Assembly (NCBI GenBank): GCA_965247115.1
Contig: CBDFGR010000003.1
Location: 1,408,001 to 1,472,000 of the forward strand
Direction of reading: 5' to 3'
Source: Myxococcota bacterium
GTDB lineage: Bacteria; Myxococcota_A; UBA9160; SZUA-336
Length of the DNA stretch: 64,000 nt
Numbering within the stretch: position 1 is the first letter of the stretch; every line of letters starts with the position of its first letter. The notes beneath the pieces were generated by a model. That model was not told where the DNA came from and did not search any database. It worked only from the letters and a program-made list of their open reading frames with translations. Positions 27,304-37,127 of the stretch are shown piece by piece. Made by a program: the position numbers and the translations under genes.

Positions 27304-28520
27304 GCGGTACCTCAGAGCAGGCGAACGCCGGTCCCCTGACCGGCATTCGCATCGTGGACGTCACGCAGGTGATCTCGGGTCCCGTCGCCACGAAGATCCT
27401 CGGGGATCAGGGCGCGGACGTGATCAAGATCGAGCTTCCGACCGGCGACATGACGCGGGGCATGGGCGGAGGCAAGCGCGGGATGGCGCCCATCTTCGCG
27501 ACCGCCAACCGGAACAAGCGCTCCCTGGGCCTGAAATACCGAGACCCCGCGGGACTGGACGTGCTGAAGCGGATCGTGCGCGGCGCGGACGTGTTCATTC
27601 AGAACTTCCGACCCGGCGCCGCGGACGGTCAGGGGATCGGCGAGAAGGCACTGCGAGCCGTGAACCCGGAGCTCATCTACGTGTCCATCAGCGGCTTCGG
27701 CGAGACCGGGCCCTACGCGCACAAGCGCGTCTACGATCCGGTCATCCAGGCCGTCTCCGGCCTGACCTCGATCCAGGGCGGCGTCCAGGGCAAGCCGCAG
27801 CTGATGCGCCTGATCATCCCGGACAAGGTGACCGCGCTGGCTGCCGCGCAGGCCGTCACGGCCGCGTTGCTGTTGAAGGAGCGGACCGGCAAGGGACAAC
27901 ACGTCCGCCTGTCCATGCTCGACGCCGTGGTGGAGTTCATGTGGCCGGAGGGCATGGCCTACTACACGTACCTCGGAGAGGACGTAGAGGACGCGACGCC
28001 TCCCGAGCGTCGCGATCTCGTGTTCGACACGAAGGACGGGTACATGATCGCCGGCACCGTGGCGCACCGGGAGTGGGTCGCGTTCTGCCAGGCCGTCGAG
28101 AAGCCGGAGTGGCTCGAAGACCCGCGCTTCTCTAGCTCGGCCGGATTGGCGAAGCACGCCGATGCGCGCATAAAGCTGATGGCGAGCGTCCTGGCCACTG
28201 CCACCACGGCGGAGTGGCTCGAGCGGCTCGACGCGGCGCAGGTACCCTGCGCTCCCGTGCTCACCAGGGACCAGCTCTCGCAGCACCCACAGATCATCGA
28301 GAACAAGCTGATCGTCGAGAGCGAAACCCCCCGCACAGGTCGCATGCAGCAGGCTCGGCCCGCGGCGCGCTTCGAGGGCACGCCGTCCGGCCTCCACCGA
28401 CCTGCACCGCTCCTCGGAGAGCACACCGACGAAGTCCTCCGCGAAGCCGGATTCGAGAGCTCGGAGATCGAACGCCTGCGCGCAGACGGCCTCATCGGCT
28501 CGCCGCAGGCTGCCAGCTAG
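27300..28520 (+). CDS. CoA transferase family III (CaiB/BaiF)
   Basis: GPLTGIRIVD, GADVIKIE, NRNKRS, QNFRPG, ISGFGETGP, APLLGEHT. Confidence 0.92.
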   Translation: MSGTSEQANAGPLTGIRIVDVTQVISGPVATKILGDQGADVIKIELPTGDMTRGMGGGKRGMAPIFATANRNKRSLGLKYRDPAGLDVLKRIVRGADVFIQNFRPGAADGQGIGEKALRAVNPELIYVSISGFGETGPYAHKRVYDPVIQAVSGLTSIQGGVQGKPQLMRLIIPDKVTALAAAQAVTAALLLKERTGKGQHVRLSMLDAVVEFMWPEGMAYYTYLGEDVEDATPPERRDLVFDTKDGYMIAGTVAHREWVAFCQAVEKPEWLEDPRFSSSAGLAKHADARIKLMASVLATATTAEWLERLDAAQVPCAPVLTRDQLSQHPQIIENKLIVESETPRTGRMQQARPAARFEGTPSGLHRPAPLLGEHTDEVLREAGFESSEIERLRADGLIGSPQAAS

Positions 28521-28580
28521 GAGAAGTGGGCGGGAGATCAGTGCCGCGACTGCGCGGACACGGTCCAGAGAGGAGCGGAC

Positions 28581-29408
28581 ATGGAGACCATCGACACCGG
28601 AACCGACGAGCTGCTCTGCTCCGTCGAGGAACGCGTCGCCACCATCACGCTGAATCGGCCTGAGAAGCGCAACGCTCTGTCCGATCAGCTCACGCCCGCG
28701 TTGCGCGAGATGCTGCTCGTGGTCGAGCGGGATCCCCGCATCGGCTGCGTCGTCATCACCGGCGCCGGGGGCGCCTTCTGCTCCGGAGGAGACGTCTCCG
28801 GGATGGGCGGTAACGCTCCGAGCGGAGACGCGGACCAGCGGCCCTCCCTCGAGTACAGCATCCGCAACCTGCAACACAGACAGGAGACGCTGACGCTGCG
28901 CCTTCACGAGCTCAGCAAGCCCACTGTTGCGGCCCTGCCCGGACCTGCAGCCGGCGCGGGCCTATCCATCGCGCTTGCCTGCGACATCCGCATCGCCGCA
29001 GAGAGCGCCTTTATCACCACGGCCTTCGCCAACATCGGGCTGTCCGGCGACTACGGCGGAAGCTGGTTCCTGACCCAGCTGGTCGGCACTGCAAAGGCGA
29101 AGGAGCTGTACTACACGGCAGACCGTGTGGGCGCGGACGAATGCGTGCGGCTGGGGATCTTCAACCGCGTCGTGCCGGATGCCGAGTTCGGTGCCGAGAC
29201 GCGCGAGCTCGCGCAGCGCATCGCGAACGGACCTCCCATCGCGCTCGGCTTCATGAAGGAGAACCTGAACCGCGCAGTCTGGGCGGACCTGAAGACCTGC
29301 CTGGGCATGGAGGCGGACCGGATGGCTCGCTGTTCTCGCACCGAGGACAGCCGCGAGGCCGTGCGCGCATTCATGGCGAAGAGAAAGCCCGAGTTCAGGG
29401 GGGCGTAA
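28581..29408 (+). CDS. Enoyl-CoA hydratase/isomerase family protein
   Basis: ITLNRPEKRNAL, AFCSGGD, GAGLSIALACD. Confidence 0.92.
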   Translation: METIDTGTDELLCSVEERVATITLNRPEKRNALSDQLTPALREMLLVVERDPRIGCVVITGAGGAFCSGGDVSGMGGNAPSGDADQRPSLEYSIRNLQHRQETLTLRLHELSKPTVAALPGPAAGAGLSIALACDIRIAAESAFITTAFANIGLSGDYGGSWFLTQLVGTAKAKELYYTADRVGADECVRLGIFNRVVPDAEFGAETRELAQRIANGPPIALGFMKENLNRAVWADLKTCLGMEADRMARCSRTEDSREAVRAFMAKRKPEFRGA

Positions 29409-29417
29409 GGAGCAGCC

Positions 29418-30026
29418 GTGCCTGTCAACGTGGAGTTTCTTTTCGATTTCGGCAGTCCCAACGCCTACCTCTCTCACCTGGTCATCCCCGCGATCGAGGC
29501 GCGCACGGGCGAGAAGTTCGCGTACGTTCCCGTGCTGCTTGGCGGCGTGTTCAAGGCTACGAACAACGTCTCGCCCGCCGTATCGCTGCAGGGCATCAAG
29601 AACAAGGGCGAGTATCAGGGGGTGGAGACGCGGCGCTTCATCGCGAAGCACGGCATTGCGAGCCTCCAGGCGAACCCCCACTTCCCGGTGAACACGCTCC
29701 AGCTCATGCGCGGTGCCATCGTCGCGCAGCGCGAGGGGTTCTTCGCAAAGTACGTGGACGAGGTCTACCGCCACATGTGGAGCGAGCCCAAGAAGATGGA
29801 CGACGCCAAGGTCATTCGGGCGGCGCTCGTCGAATCGGGCCTGCCCGCGGACACCGTGCTCGAGGGTATCCAGGACCCCGCGGTGAAGCAGAAGCTCATC
29901 GAGAACACGGAAGATGCCGTGACCCGAGGAGTCTTCGGATCGCCGAGCTTCTTCGTGGCAGGCGAGCTCTTCTTCGGCAAGGACCGGCTACGCGAGGTCG
30001 AAGAGGAAATCCTGCTGCAGAAGTAG
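29418..30026 (+). CDS. 2-hydroxychromene-2-carboxylate isomerase-like (DsbA/kappa GST family)
   Basis: FDFGSPNAY, PVLLGGVF, RGVFGSPSF, FFGKDRL. Confidence 0.88.
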   Translation: MPVNVEFLFDFGSPNAYLSHLVIPAIEARTGEKFAYVPVLLGGVFKATNNVSPAVSLQGIKNKGEYQGVETRRFIAKHGIASLQANPHFPVNTLQLMRGAIVAQREGFFAKYVDEVYRHMWSEPKKMDDAKVIRAALVESGLPADTVLEGIQDPAVKQKLIENTEDAVTRGVFGSPSFFVAGELFFGKDRLREVEEEILLQK

Positions 30027-30048
30027 CTGCTGGCTTGGTGCTCGAGCG

Positions 30049-30489
30049 CTAGTCCTGCGGGCTCGCGACGACGTAGGTGCGGAGCGCGTCCATGTCCTGC
30101 TCGAGAACGCGGTACGCGTCCAGGCGATACAGGTTCCTGGACCGTCGGCCGGAGCGCAGCGCTCGCCAGACCCGCTGGGGCATGACGAGCAGCCCGACCG
30201 CGAACGCGCCCAGGCGATCGAGCCAGAAGAAGAAATGCGTGTGGCAGCCGCCGCTGCCGAGCTCCCAGCCGGCCAGCTCCAGTTCACCGGTCCAGGTCGT
30301 CTCGTAGCCTGTCACCAGGTGGTGCACGTCGTGCAGGATCAACGACTGCTTGATCTTGCCACCGAGCGGCAGCACGCGGAGGCCACCAATGCGGTACCAG
30401 CGCTCTTCGAGGTAGTCCCGGACACTCGACCCCTCAGGGAAGAGGCCCTGCTCCACGAAGTACTGGGACAGTGCGTCTTGGGCATTCAT
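30049..30489 (-). CDS. Hypothetical protein with HDxxH..E metal motif (Coq4-like)
   Basis: LHDVHHLVTGYETTWTGE. Confidence 0.6.
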   Translation of the reverse strand: MNAQDALSQYFVEQGLFPEGSSVRDYLEERWYRIGGLRVLPLGGKIKQSLILHDVHHLVTGYETTWTGELELAGWELGSGGCHTHFFFWLDRLGAFAVGLLVMPQRVWRALRSGRRSRNLYRLDAYRVLEQDMDALRTYVVASPQD

Positions 30490-30538
30490 GCCAGCAGTCC
30501 CTTCATGATGCTACCGCAGTCTGTCCGTGGCCGCGCGC

Positions 30539-31375
30539 TCAGCGGTCCCCTTGCCATAGATCGATCGCTTCGCTGAATCCGTCCTCTTCGTGGCTCGCGA
30601 CGGTGCGGTGCCGCGAGCGAAGCTCCGGGGGCGCATTCCCGGTCACGAAGGCGCTGCCGGCCCACGCGAGCAGATCCTCGTCGTTGAAGTCGTTGCCCAC
30701 AGCCACCACCTGGCCCAGCCCGACCCCGACACGTCGCCGGACCCACTCCGCCGCGTGCGCCTTTCCAACTCCCGGAGGAAAGATCTCGAGCCAGCGCGAG
30801 GCGTGGTCCAGCGGTGACGTGGCGCGGATCACTTCGAGCTCGGACAGCCTGCGCTCCAGCTCGTCTTGCCGGGACGGCGTGCCAGCGGGCTCGATGGCCA
30901 GGAGCTGCGAGGCCCGGAGGTCCTCCGGCGGTGGCTCTGGCCACGCTCGCGCGTACTCCGCATAGTGCTGGTAGCGTCGCTCGAAGTCGGGATTCCCCTG
31001 ACCGGCCCGCCAGTAGAAGAAGCGATGGTTCTCGGGAACCGGGGCGTGCAGCATGAAGTCGAGGCCGAGCTCCATCAGCACGCGCGCCGCCTCGCGCGCT
31101 TGATGCGAGGCCATGTGGTGTACACGTAGCAGCTCGCCGCTCGGCCAGGCCGCGATCGCTGCGCCGGAGGAGAAGATCAAATAGTCGATCGGGAAGTCCT
31201 CGTCGATCACCCGCTGCGCTGAATGAAGGCTGCGACCGGTGGCGAGCACGCGGATGTTTCCTGCGCGACCGAGTTCATCGAGCGTGAGGCGATTCCGCTC
31301 GCCTAGCCGGGAGCGCTCGTCGAGAAGAGTCCCATCCAGATCGGTGACGACCATCCTCGAGACGCCGCTCCTCAT
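30539..31375 (-). CDS. Cof-type HAD hydrolase
   Basis: DLDGTLL, ATGR, GVGKA, GNDFND motifs. Confidence 0.9.
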   Translation of the reverse strand: MRSGVSRMVVTDLDGTLLDERSRLGERNRLTLDELGRAGNIRVLATGRSLHSAQRVIDEDFPIDYLIFSSGAAIAAWPSGELLRVHHMASHQAREAARVLMELGLDFMLHAPVPENHRFFYWRAGQGNPDFERRYQHYAEYARAWPEPPPEDLRASQLLAIEPAGTPSRQDELERRLSELEVIRATSPLDHASRWLEIFPPGVGKAHAAEWVRRRVGVGLGQVVAVGNDFNDEDLLAWAGSAFVTGNAPPELRSRHRTVASHEEDGFSEAIDLWQGDR

Positions 31376-31429
31376 TGCGAGGCCAGGCTAGCACGGGGCT
31401 CACGCGACGCTCGAGCGTCTGCTGCTGCG

Positions 31430-32473
31430 CTAGAGCGCGGCCTCGTCCGCGAGCGCCCTCGTCTCGTCGAGAAGCTGGCGGCCCACCTCGGGTGAGCGGC
31501 GGCCCATGCCGCACGCGCACGCGATGTCGGGCGTGAAGCCGAGGCTCCGCGAGGCCAGACGCAGGCGCTCCAGGTTGGCGGGGTGACCGTCCTCGTAGAC
31601 CGTTCCCACGATCAGGCGTGTGGAGGCCGGCAGCCGCAGCTTCTCGAGCGGCTCGTAGTAGCGAGGATCGGTGCTGTCGACGATGGGGATATGCAGGTAG
31701 TCGAGCGGCCGTTTCTCCGGCCAGACCGAGGCGATGGCATTCGCGAACAGTACGACCGGGCGAGAAGAGGGCGGTGTCACCACGCGCCGGTTCCCGGGAT
31801 TGCCAAGACAGAGATGCACGCCAACGGGAACCTCGGGCGGGACGTCCACGATCAATGACGCGAGCTGTCTGGCAAGGCGCCGCGCCAGGACTCGTGCGGC
31901 TGGAGGAAGGAGCGCGTGCACGCGCGCGATCGCCACCTGCTCGATGGCCGCGTCGAGCTGGACGACCACTGCGCCAGGGTCCAGCTGTACGGCTGCGCCG
32001 ATCTCCGCGCGCAGCGCCTCCACCAGTGGTCCGATCGCCCTCAGCATGCTGAAGGGCTTGCGGAAGAACGGAACCGCGATGGACAGCGCTGGCGCGACGC
32101 CCAGCTGATAGCGCAGCTCCGGACGCCCGTACTCGTGGCGCAGCTTGTGAAACAGCGGCAGGCTGGCCGACCAGTCGCGAAAGTAGCCGAGCTCGCCCAG
32201 CTCGATCTCGAGCCTACGACCGCGGCGAATCGAGAACCTCGTCGTCCGCCTGCTCTCCCCCGCGAGGCGTTCCATCGCCTCCTGAGAGGACAGCGCCGGG
32301 TTGCGAGCCAGGCGGTCGACCAGGTGCGTGATGTAGTTCGCGCGCTCCCCGGTCTCGCCGTCGGGAAGGTAGGGCAGCGTCTCCCCGAGACGTTGCAGGC
32401 TCTCCTACATCGCCTCGCCCGCGTCCCGGAACGGAAGGCTCCCCACCAGGTGAGCCCGTATCTGTCGCGTCAT
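31430..32473 (-). pseudogene. MetE-like/UROD-fold protein interrupted by an in-frame TAG at codon 23
   Basis: ATG 32473 overlaps the upstream stop; HLVGSLP, PDGETGER, GVHLCLG, ACGMGR all in one frame with TAG at 32407-32405. Confidence 0.7.
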
Positions 32474-33357
32474 CCCATGTGTTTGCGGAGAAAGCTGCCA
32501 ATGGCTTCGACGGCCTTGGCGGCTTCGGGGAGCTCGGTGAAGAGCTGGAAGACGTGGAACATTTCGTCCCACGGCTCGAGGGTGGTGTCGACGCCGGCGG
32601 CGCGGGCTCTGGCAGCGAAGCGGGTGGCGTCGTCCAGCAGGGTCTCGTGGTCACCAACGTGGATCAGGAGGGGCGGCAGACCCTCGAGCTTTGCGTGGAG
32701 GGGAGCCGCCAGGGGAGCCCGCGGATCGGCTCCCGCGAGGTAGGTCTCCGCCATCCCCAGGATCAGCGGCCGCTGGACCATGGGGTCCAGCTCTGCGCGC
32801 GTCTCCATCGACTCGCCCTCGGCTTCTAGATCGACCCACGGCGAGATCATCACGCCGGCAGCGGGCAATTCGGTCCCGGCGTCGCGCAGCGCAACCAACG
32901 TCGCCGCCGTCAGGCCTGCGCCTGCGGAGTCTCCCGCCACCGCAATGTTCGACGGCCGGATGCCCTGCTCGAGCAGCCAACGGTAGGCGGCTGTCGCATC
33001 TTCCACCGGTGCGGGAAACGGATGTTCCGGGGACAGGCGGTAGTCGAGACCCAGCCCTCGGCAGCCACCCGCGGCCGAGAGCCGAGCGATGAGATCCCAG
33101 TGCGAGCGCACCGAGCCCAACGCGTAGCCACCGCCGTGCAGGTAGAGCAGGACCCTGTCCGCGCTAGCGCCCGGCGCGGTGATCCACTCGGCCTCAACGC
33201 CCCCGGCAGAGACGCGTTCGGATTGCGCCTCGGCCGATGGCGCCGAGAAGAGCTCCTCCCACTCCCGACGCATCTCAGCCAGCGGTTTGTCCGCTCCCCA
33301 GGATCCGAACGTATCGCGTATCCGTTGCTTCACGGTCTCGAGCGCATCACTTCCCAT
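32470..33357 (-). CDS. Alpha/beta hydrolase, HSL-family esterase
   Basis: HGGGY, DYRLSPEHPFPA, GDSAG, MFHVF. Confidence 0.92.
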   Translation of the reverse strand: MGSDALETVKQRIRDTFGSWGADKPLAEMRREWEELFSAPSAEAQSERVSAGGVEAEWITAPGASADRVLLYLHGGGYALGSVRSHWDLIARLSAAGGCRGLGLDYRLSPEHPFPAPVEDATAAYRWLLEQGIRPSNIAVAGDSAGAGLTAATLVALRDAGTELPAAGVMISPWVDLEAEGESMETRAELDPMVQRPLILGMAETYLAGADPRAPLAAPLHAKLEGLPPLLIHVGDHETLLDDATRFAARARAAGVDTTLEPWDEMFHVFQLFTELPEAAKAVEAIGSFLRKHMG

Positions 33358-33465
33358 CGTGGCATCTCCTTGACTGTTCGGCCGCTGCCGTGTCGTCCGT
33401 AAGATACCAGCTTCTGGGCTTTGCTTTCCTCGACGAGGTGGGTCGCCTACCCTTGCCTCCTGAGG

Positions 33466-33541
33466 GGGGCGATAGCTCAATGGTTAGAGCAGGTCCCTCA
33501 TAAGGATCTGGTTCTCGGTTCGAGTCCGAGTCGCCCCACCA
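33466..33541 (+). tRNA. tRNA with CAT anticodon, more likely Ile2 (lysidine) than elongator Met; not initiator
   Basis: GGGGCGA/TCGCCCC acceptor, D arm GCTC/GAGC, loop CTCATAA, TTCGAG T loop, encoded CCA. Confidence 0.92.
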
Positions 33542-33544
33542 ACA

Positions 33545-34222
33545 CTACGATCGTGCCAGGTGCGACGTGAGTCGGGTCTGGATCGCGTCGACGAAGCGCT
33601 TGTAGTCGCCACTCCCGAAGAAGGCAGAGCCCATCACGAAGACGCGGCCGCCGTTGCCGGCGACCTCTTCCACCGTCTCGAGGTTCACGCCGCCGTCGAC
33701 GACGATGTCGATCTCGCGCGACTGGAGATCGACCGACTTGCGGAGCTCGCGCAGCTTCGGCATGACGCCGGCAATGAAGCTCTGACCGCCGAAGCCCGGA
33801 TTCACCGTCATGACCAGGATCTGATCGAGCTGCGGCAGCACGGCGCCGAGAGCGGAGGCCGGAGTCCCTGGATTCAGCGCCACGCACGTCCGGACGCCGC
33901 GCGCCGCGATCTGCTCGAGCGTGCCGTGCAGGTGCGGGCACGCCTCCGCGTGCACACCGAGCGCATTCGCGCCGGCGTCGGCAAAGCGGTCGATCATCGC
34001 GCCGGCGTCTTCGATCATCAGGTGGACGTCGACCGGCAGCGAGGTCGCCTTTGCGATCGCTCGGACCACGTCGGGACCGATCGTCAGGTTTGGCACGAAG
34101 TGGCCATCCATCACGTCGACGTGGATCCAGTCCGCTCCCGCCTCTTCCGCCGCCTGCACCTCGTCGGCGAGACGACCGAAGTCTGCAGAGAGGATCGAGG
34201 CCGCGATGCGGAACTTCTTCAC
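33545..34222 (-). CDS. rpe: Ribulose-phosphate 3-epimerase
   Basis: ASILSADF, HVDVMDGHFVPNLTIG, MTVNPGFGGQ, VDGG. Confidence 0.96.
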   Translation of the reverse strand: MKKFRIAASILSADFGRLADEVQAAEEAGADWIHVDVMDGHFVPNLTIGPDVVRAIAKATSLPVDVHLMIEDAGAMIDRFADAGANALGVHAEACPHLHGTLEQIAARGVRTCVALNPGTPASALGAVLPQLDQILVMTVNPGFGGQSFIAGVMPKLRELRKSVDLQSREIDIVVDGGVNLETVEEVAGNGGRVFVMGSAFFGSGDYKRFVDAIQTRLTSHLARS

Positions 34223-35583
34223 GTCCGGACCAGCCGCGCAGCGTAGAAGCCGTCGCAGCGGTGGCGATGGGGGAATGTCGCGAGCGCGCCGCTCCTGTCG
34301 ACCAGGTCGGCGGCAGCGGCGGGCAGGTGTGCGCGCGCGTCTTCCTGCTTGAAGTCGGAGTGTGATTCGAGAAAGCGCGCCACCACGCCGCTCGTCTCCT
34401 CGGGAGTGAACGTACACACACTATAGACGAGCACCCCGCCGGACTCGACGTAGCGCGCGCACGAGCTCAGGAGGGACAGCGAGCGCTCGGCCGCGCGCGG
34501 TACCTCCCCACGGACGAGGCGCCAGCGCGCGTCCGGGTTGCGGCGCAGCGTGCCCAGACCGGTGCACGGAGCGTCGACCAGGATGCCCGAGAAGCGCAGC
34601 TTGCCCTGCAGGTCGAAGCCCTTTGCGGCATCCCGCTGCAGGACCCGCAGGTTCGAGAGTCTGAGCCGCCGCGCGGCCTGGTGGATCAGCGCGAGCCGAT
34701 TCCGGTGGAGCTCGAGCGCCACGACTTCCCCACCCGGACCTACCTGTTGCGCCAGCTGCACGGCCTTCGTGCCCGGCGCGGCGCAGCAATCCACGACCGT
34801 GTCGCCGGGCTGCGCGCCGAGCAGTAGTGGCACGAGCTGGGAAGCCTCGTCCTGCACGGTGTGCTCACCCCGCGCGAAGCCTGGATCGCGCACGGGGTCA
34901 CGGGTGAGGCCGGTGATCGTGTCGGGCCCAAAGCGCCCCCGACGCCCGCCGAGCCGACGCGCCACCTCGTCGGCGTCCACCCCCGGCGAGACACGCACGG
35001 AGCGAGGCGGCGCACGGGTGCAGGCCTCGGCCAACGCGGTCGCCTGCTCGAGTCCAAACTGAGAGAGCCAGCGGTCCGCGAGCCACTCCGGAAGCGAGCC
35101 CCAGTCGCGCAGATAGCCGGCCGGATCCAGCTTGGGATCGGGGTAGCGAACTCCCTCTCCCTCCACGCGACGAGCGAGCGCGCGCAGGACCGCGTTCACG
35201 AAGCCTGACGCGCGCTCGAGACCGCGGTTCCGGGCCAGCTTCACGCTCTCGTCGACGACCGACGCGTTGCGCACGCCGTCCAGCTCCAGGAGCTGATACG
35301 CGCCCAGACGCAGCAGGCTCCAAACACGCGGCTCCACCCGGTTGAGTGGTCGATCGAGCGCCTGCGCCAGCGCCGCGTCGAGGCGCCCGCGCAGCCGCAG
35401 CGTGCCGTAGCAGAGCTCGGTGGCCAGCGCGCGGTCGCGCTTGGCGAGATCGGAATCGCGCAGCGCCGCGTGGAGCGCAAGCTCAGCAAAGGCGCGATCC
35501 CGCTCCACCCGCTCGAGCACGTGCCAGGCCAGGCCTCGAGCAGTGCGCGCGAGCTTTGGGTCGAGCTTGTAAGTGGGGCTCAT
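34219..35583 (-). CDS. rsmB: 16S rRNA m5C967 methyltransferase
   Basis: NusB-like N-terminus; QDEASQ, DCCAAPGTK, DAPCTGLG, YSVCT; follows fmt. Confidence 0.93.
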   Translation of the reverse strand: MSPTYKLDPKLARTARGLAWHVLERVERDRAFAELALHAALRDSDLAKRDRALATELCYGTLRLRGRLDAALAQALDRPLNRVEPRVWSLLRLGAYQLLELDGVRNASVVDESVKLARNRGLERASGFVNAVLRALARRVEGEGVRYPDPKLDPAGYLRDWGSLPEWLADRWLSQFGLEQATALAEACTRAPPRSVRVSPGVDADEVARRLGGRRGRFGPDTITGLTRDPVRDPGFARGEHTVQDEASQLVPLLLGAQPGDTVVDCCAAPGTKAVQLAQQVGPGGEVVALELHRNRLALIHQAARRLRLSNLRVLQRDAAKGFDLQGKLRFSGILVDAPCTGLGTLRRNPDARWRLVRGEVPRAAERSLSLLSSCARYVESGGVLVYSVCTFTPEETSGVVARFLESHSDFKQEDARAHLPAAAADLVDRSGALATFPHRHRCDGFYAARLVRT

Positions 35584-36590
35584 GACGCGACCCTCTCTTC
35601 CGCCGGGAGCTCGACGGCGCGGAGGAACTGCGCGGCGCTGACCGGCTTTCGCCCGGGGACTTGCAGGCGCAGGATCTCCACCCACGCATCCCGCGCAGCC
35701 ACGCACAGGCGACCGTGCCGGATCCGGACCGCGCCACACTCGGAGGCAGCCTCCGCGTCTTCGGAGGCAGTCCCCGCGTCTTCGGAGGCAGTCTCCGCGT
35801 CGTCGTCGCGACGGGCCTCGAGGATGCGGAGCTTCTTCCCGGACAAATCGAGCAGCAGGTCTGCGCCGGGCCTGGGACTCGCCGCGCGGATCCGACGCAG
35901 GATGCGCTCCGCCGGCTCGCGCCAGTCCAGACACGCGAACTCGCGACCGATTCGCGAGGCCTCGGTAGCGTCCGCGTCGACCTGTGGTCGAAAGACGGCG
36001 CGACCCTCGGCAATCTCGTCGACGGCCGCGAGCAACGCGTCCGCTGCCAGATCGGCCAGGCGCTCACTCAGCTCTCCCGCCGTCTCGGCGGGCCCGATCT
36101 CCGTCTCGCGCACCAGGCAGACGTCGCCGGCATCCATCTCCTTGACCACACGCATGACGGAGACGCCAGTCCTGGTGTCACCTTCGAGAATGGACCATTG
36201 GATCGGCGCCGCCCCGCGCCAGCGCGGCAGCAGGCTCGCGTGCGCGTTGATCATCCCGTGAACAGGCAGCTCCCGCACTGGCTTGGGAATGAACTGACCG
36301 AAGGCGACGACCACTCCCAGATCGGCTCGCAGGCCCCGCATCCACTCGAGCGTATCCGCGTCCCCCACCTTTGCCGGCTGTCGGATCGAGAGCCCGAGCT
36401 CCTGGGCCAGGCTCCGGACGGGTGTGGGCTCGAGCTTGCGGCCGCGCCCCCGCGGGCGATCCGGCTGGCTAATCACGCCCAGGACTCGGTGGCGGCTGCT
36501 TGCCAGGGCACGCAGCGCCGGCAGTGCGAAGTCCGGCGTGCCGAGGTAGAGCAGGCCAAGGGACGGAGGATCGGTCGTGGCGCGCGACAC
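35580..36590 (-). CDS. fmt: Methionyl-tRNA formyltransferase
   Basis: GTPDFA, QPDRPRGRG, HASLLPRWRGAAPIQ, MDAGD. Confidence 0.96.
   Translation of the reverse strand: MSRATTDPPSLGLLYLGTPDFALPALRALASSRHRVLGVISQPDRPRGRGRKLEPTPVRSLAQELGLSIRQPAKVGDADTLEWMRGLRADLGVVVAFGQFIPKPVRELPVHGMINAHASLLPRWRGAAPIQWSILEGDTRTGVSVMRVVKEMDAGDVCLVRETEIGPAETAGELSERLADLAADALLAAVDEIAEGRAVFRPQVDADATEASRIGREFACLDWREPAERILRRIRAASPRPGADLLLDLSGKKLRILEARRDDDAETASEDAGTASEDAEAASECGAVRIRHGRLCVAARDAWVEILRLQVPGRKPVSAAQFLRAVELPAEERVAS
35740..35802. repeat. 3 x 21-bp in-frame tandem repeat inside fmt
   Basis: TCGGAGGCAG(C/T)C(T/C)CCGCGTC(T/G) at 35740, 35761 and 35782. Confidence 0.9.
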
Positions 36591-36595
36591 GCGCG

Positions 36596-37120
36596 TCAGC
36601 CCTGGTCGCGTCGCAGCTGCTTCTTTCGGCGCCTGACGTAGAGATCGCGCTTGAGCTTGCTGACCCGGTCGATGAACAGGATGCCATCCAGGTGATCGAG
36701 CTCGTGCTGGATGCAGTACGACTCGAGCTCGATCGCCTCGAACTCGACCGGTTCCCAGTCGAGCCCGCGCGCGCGTACCACGATGCGGCTGTCCCGTTCG
36801 ACGTCCGACTTGAAGTCCGGCACGGACAGGCAGCCCTCGCTCTCCGAGATGGAACGTCCTTCGCGCTCCAGGATCTCGGGGTTGATGAGCGTGCGCGGCT
36901 TCTTCTCGCCGTCCTCGCCCGTCCAGTCCAGGTCCATGACAAACAGCCGCTTCGCAACACCGACCTGAGTCGCGGCCAGACCGATGCCCGGCTCGTCGTA
37001 CATGGTCTCTGCCATGTTCCGCGCGAGCTCGCGCAGCTCGTCGGTCACCCCTTCGGTCGTGAGCTCGCTCGCCTGCTCGCGCAGGCGAGGATCGGGGAAC
37101 TGGAGCACCTCTAGAAGCAT
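36596..37120 (-). CDS. def: Peptide deformylase
   Basis: GIGLAATQ, EGCLS, QHELDHLDG. Confidence 0.97.
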   Translation of the reverse strand: MLLEVLQFPDPRLREQASELTTEGVTDELRELARNMAETMYDEPGIGLAATQVGVAKRLFVMDLDWTGEDGEKKPRTLINPEILEREGRSISESEGCLSVPDFKSDVERDSRIVVRARGLDWEPVEFEAIELESYCIQHELDHLDGILFIDRVSKLKRDLYVRRRKKQLRRDQG

Positions 37121-37127
37121 GGGAGAC

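Noticed and set aside
33466..33541. tRNA as an integration site
   Set aside because: No integrase and no duplicated tRNA 3' end seen
35740..35802. CRISPR array
   Set aside because: No spacers, in frame within fmt, no cas genes; no array seen anywhere in the window
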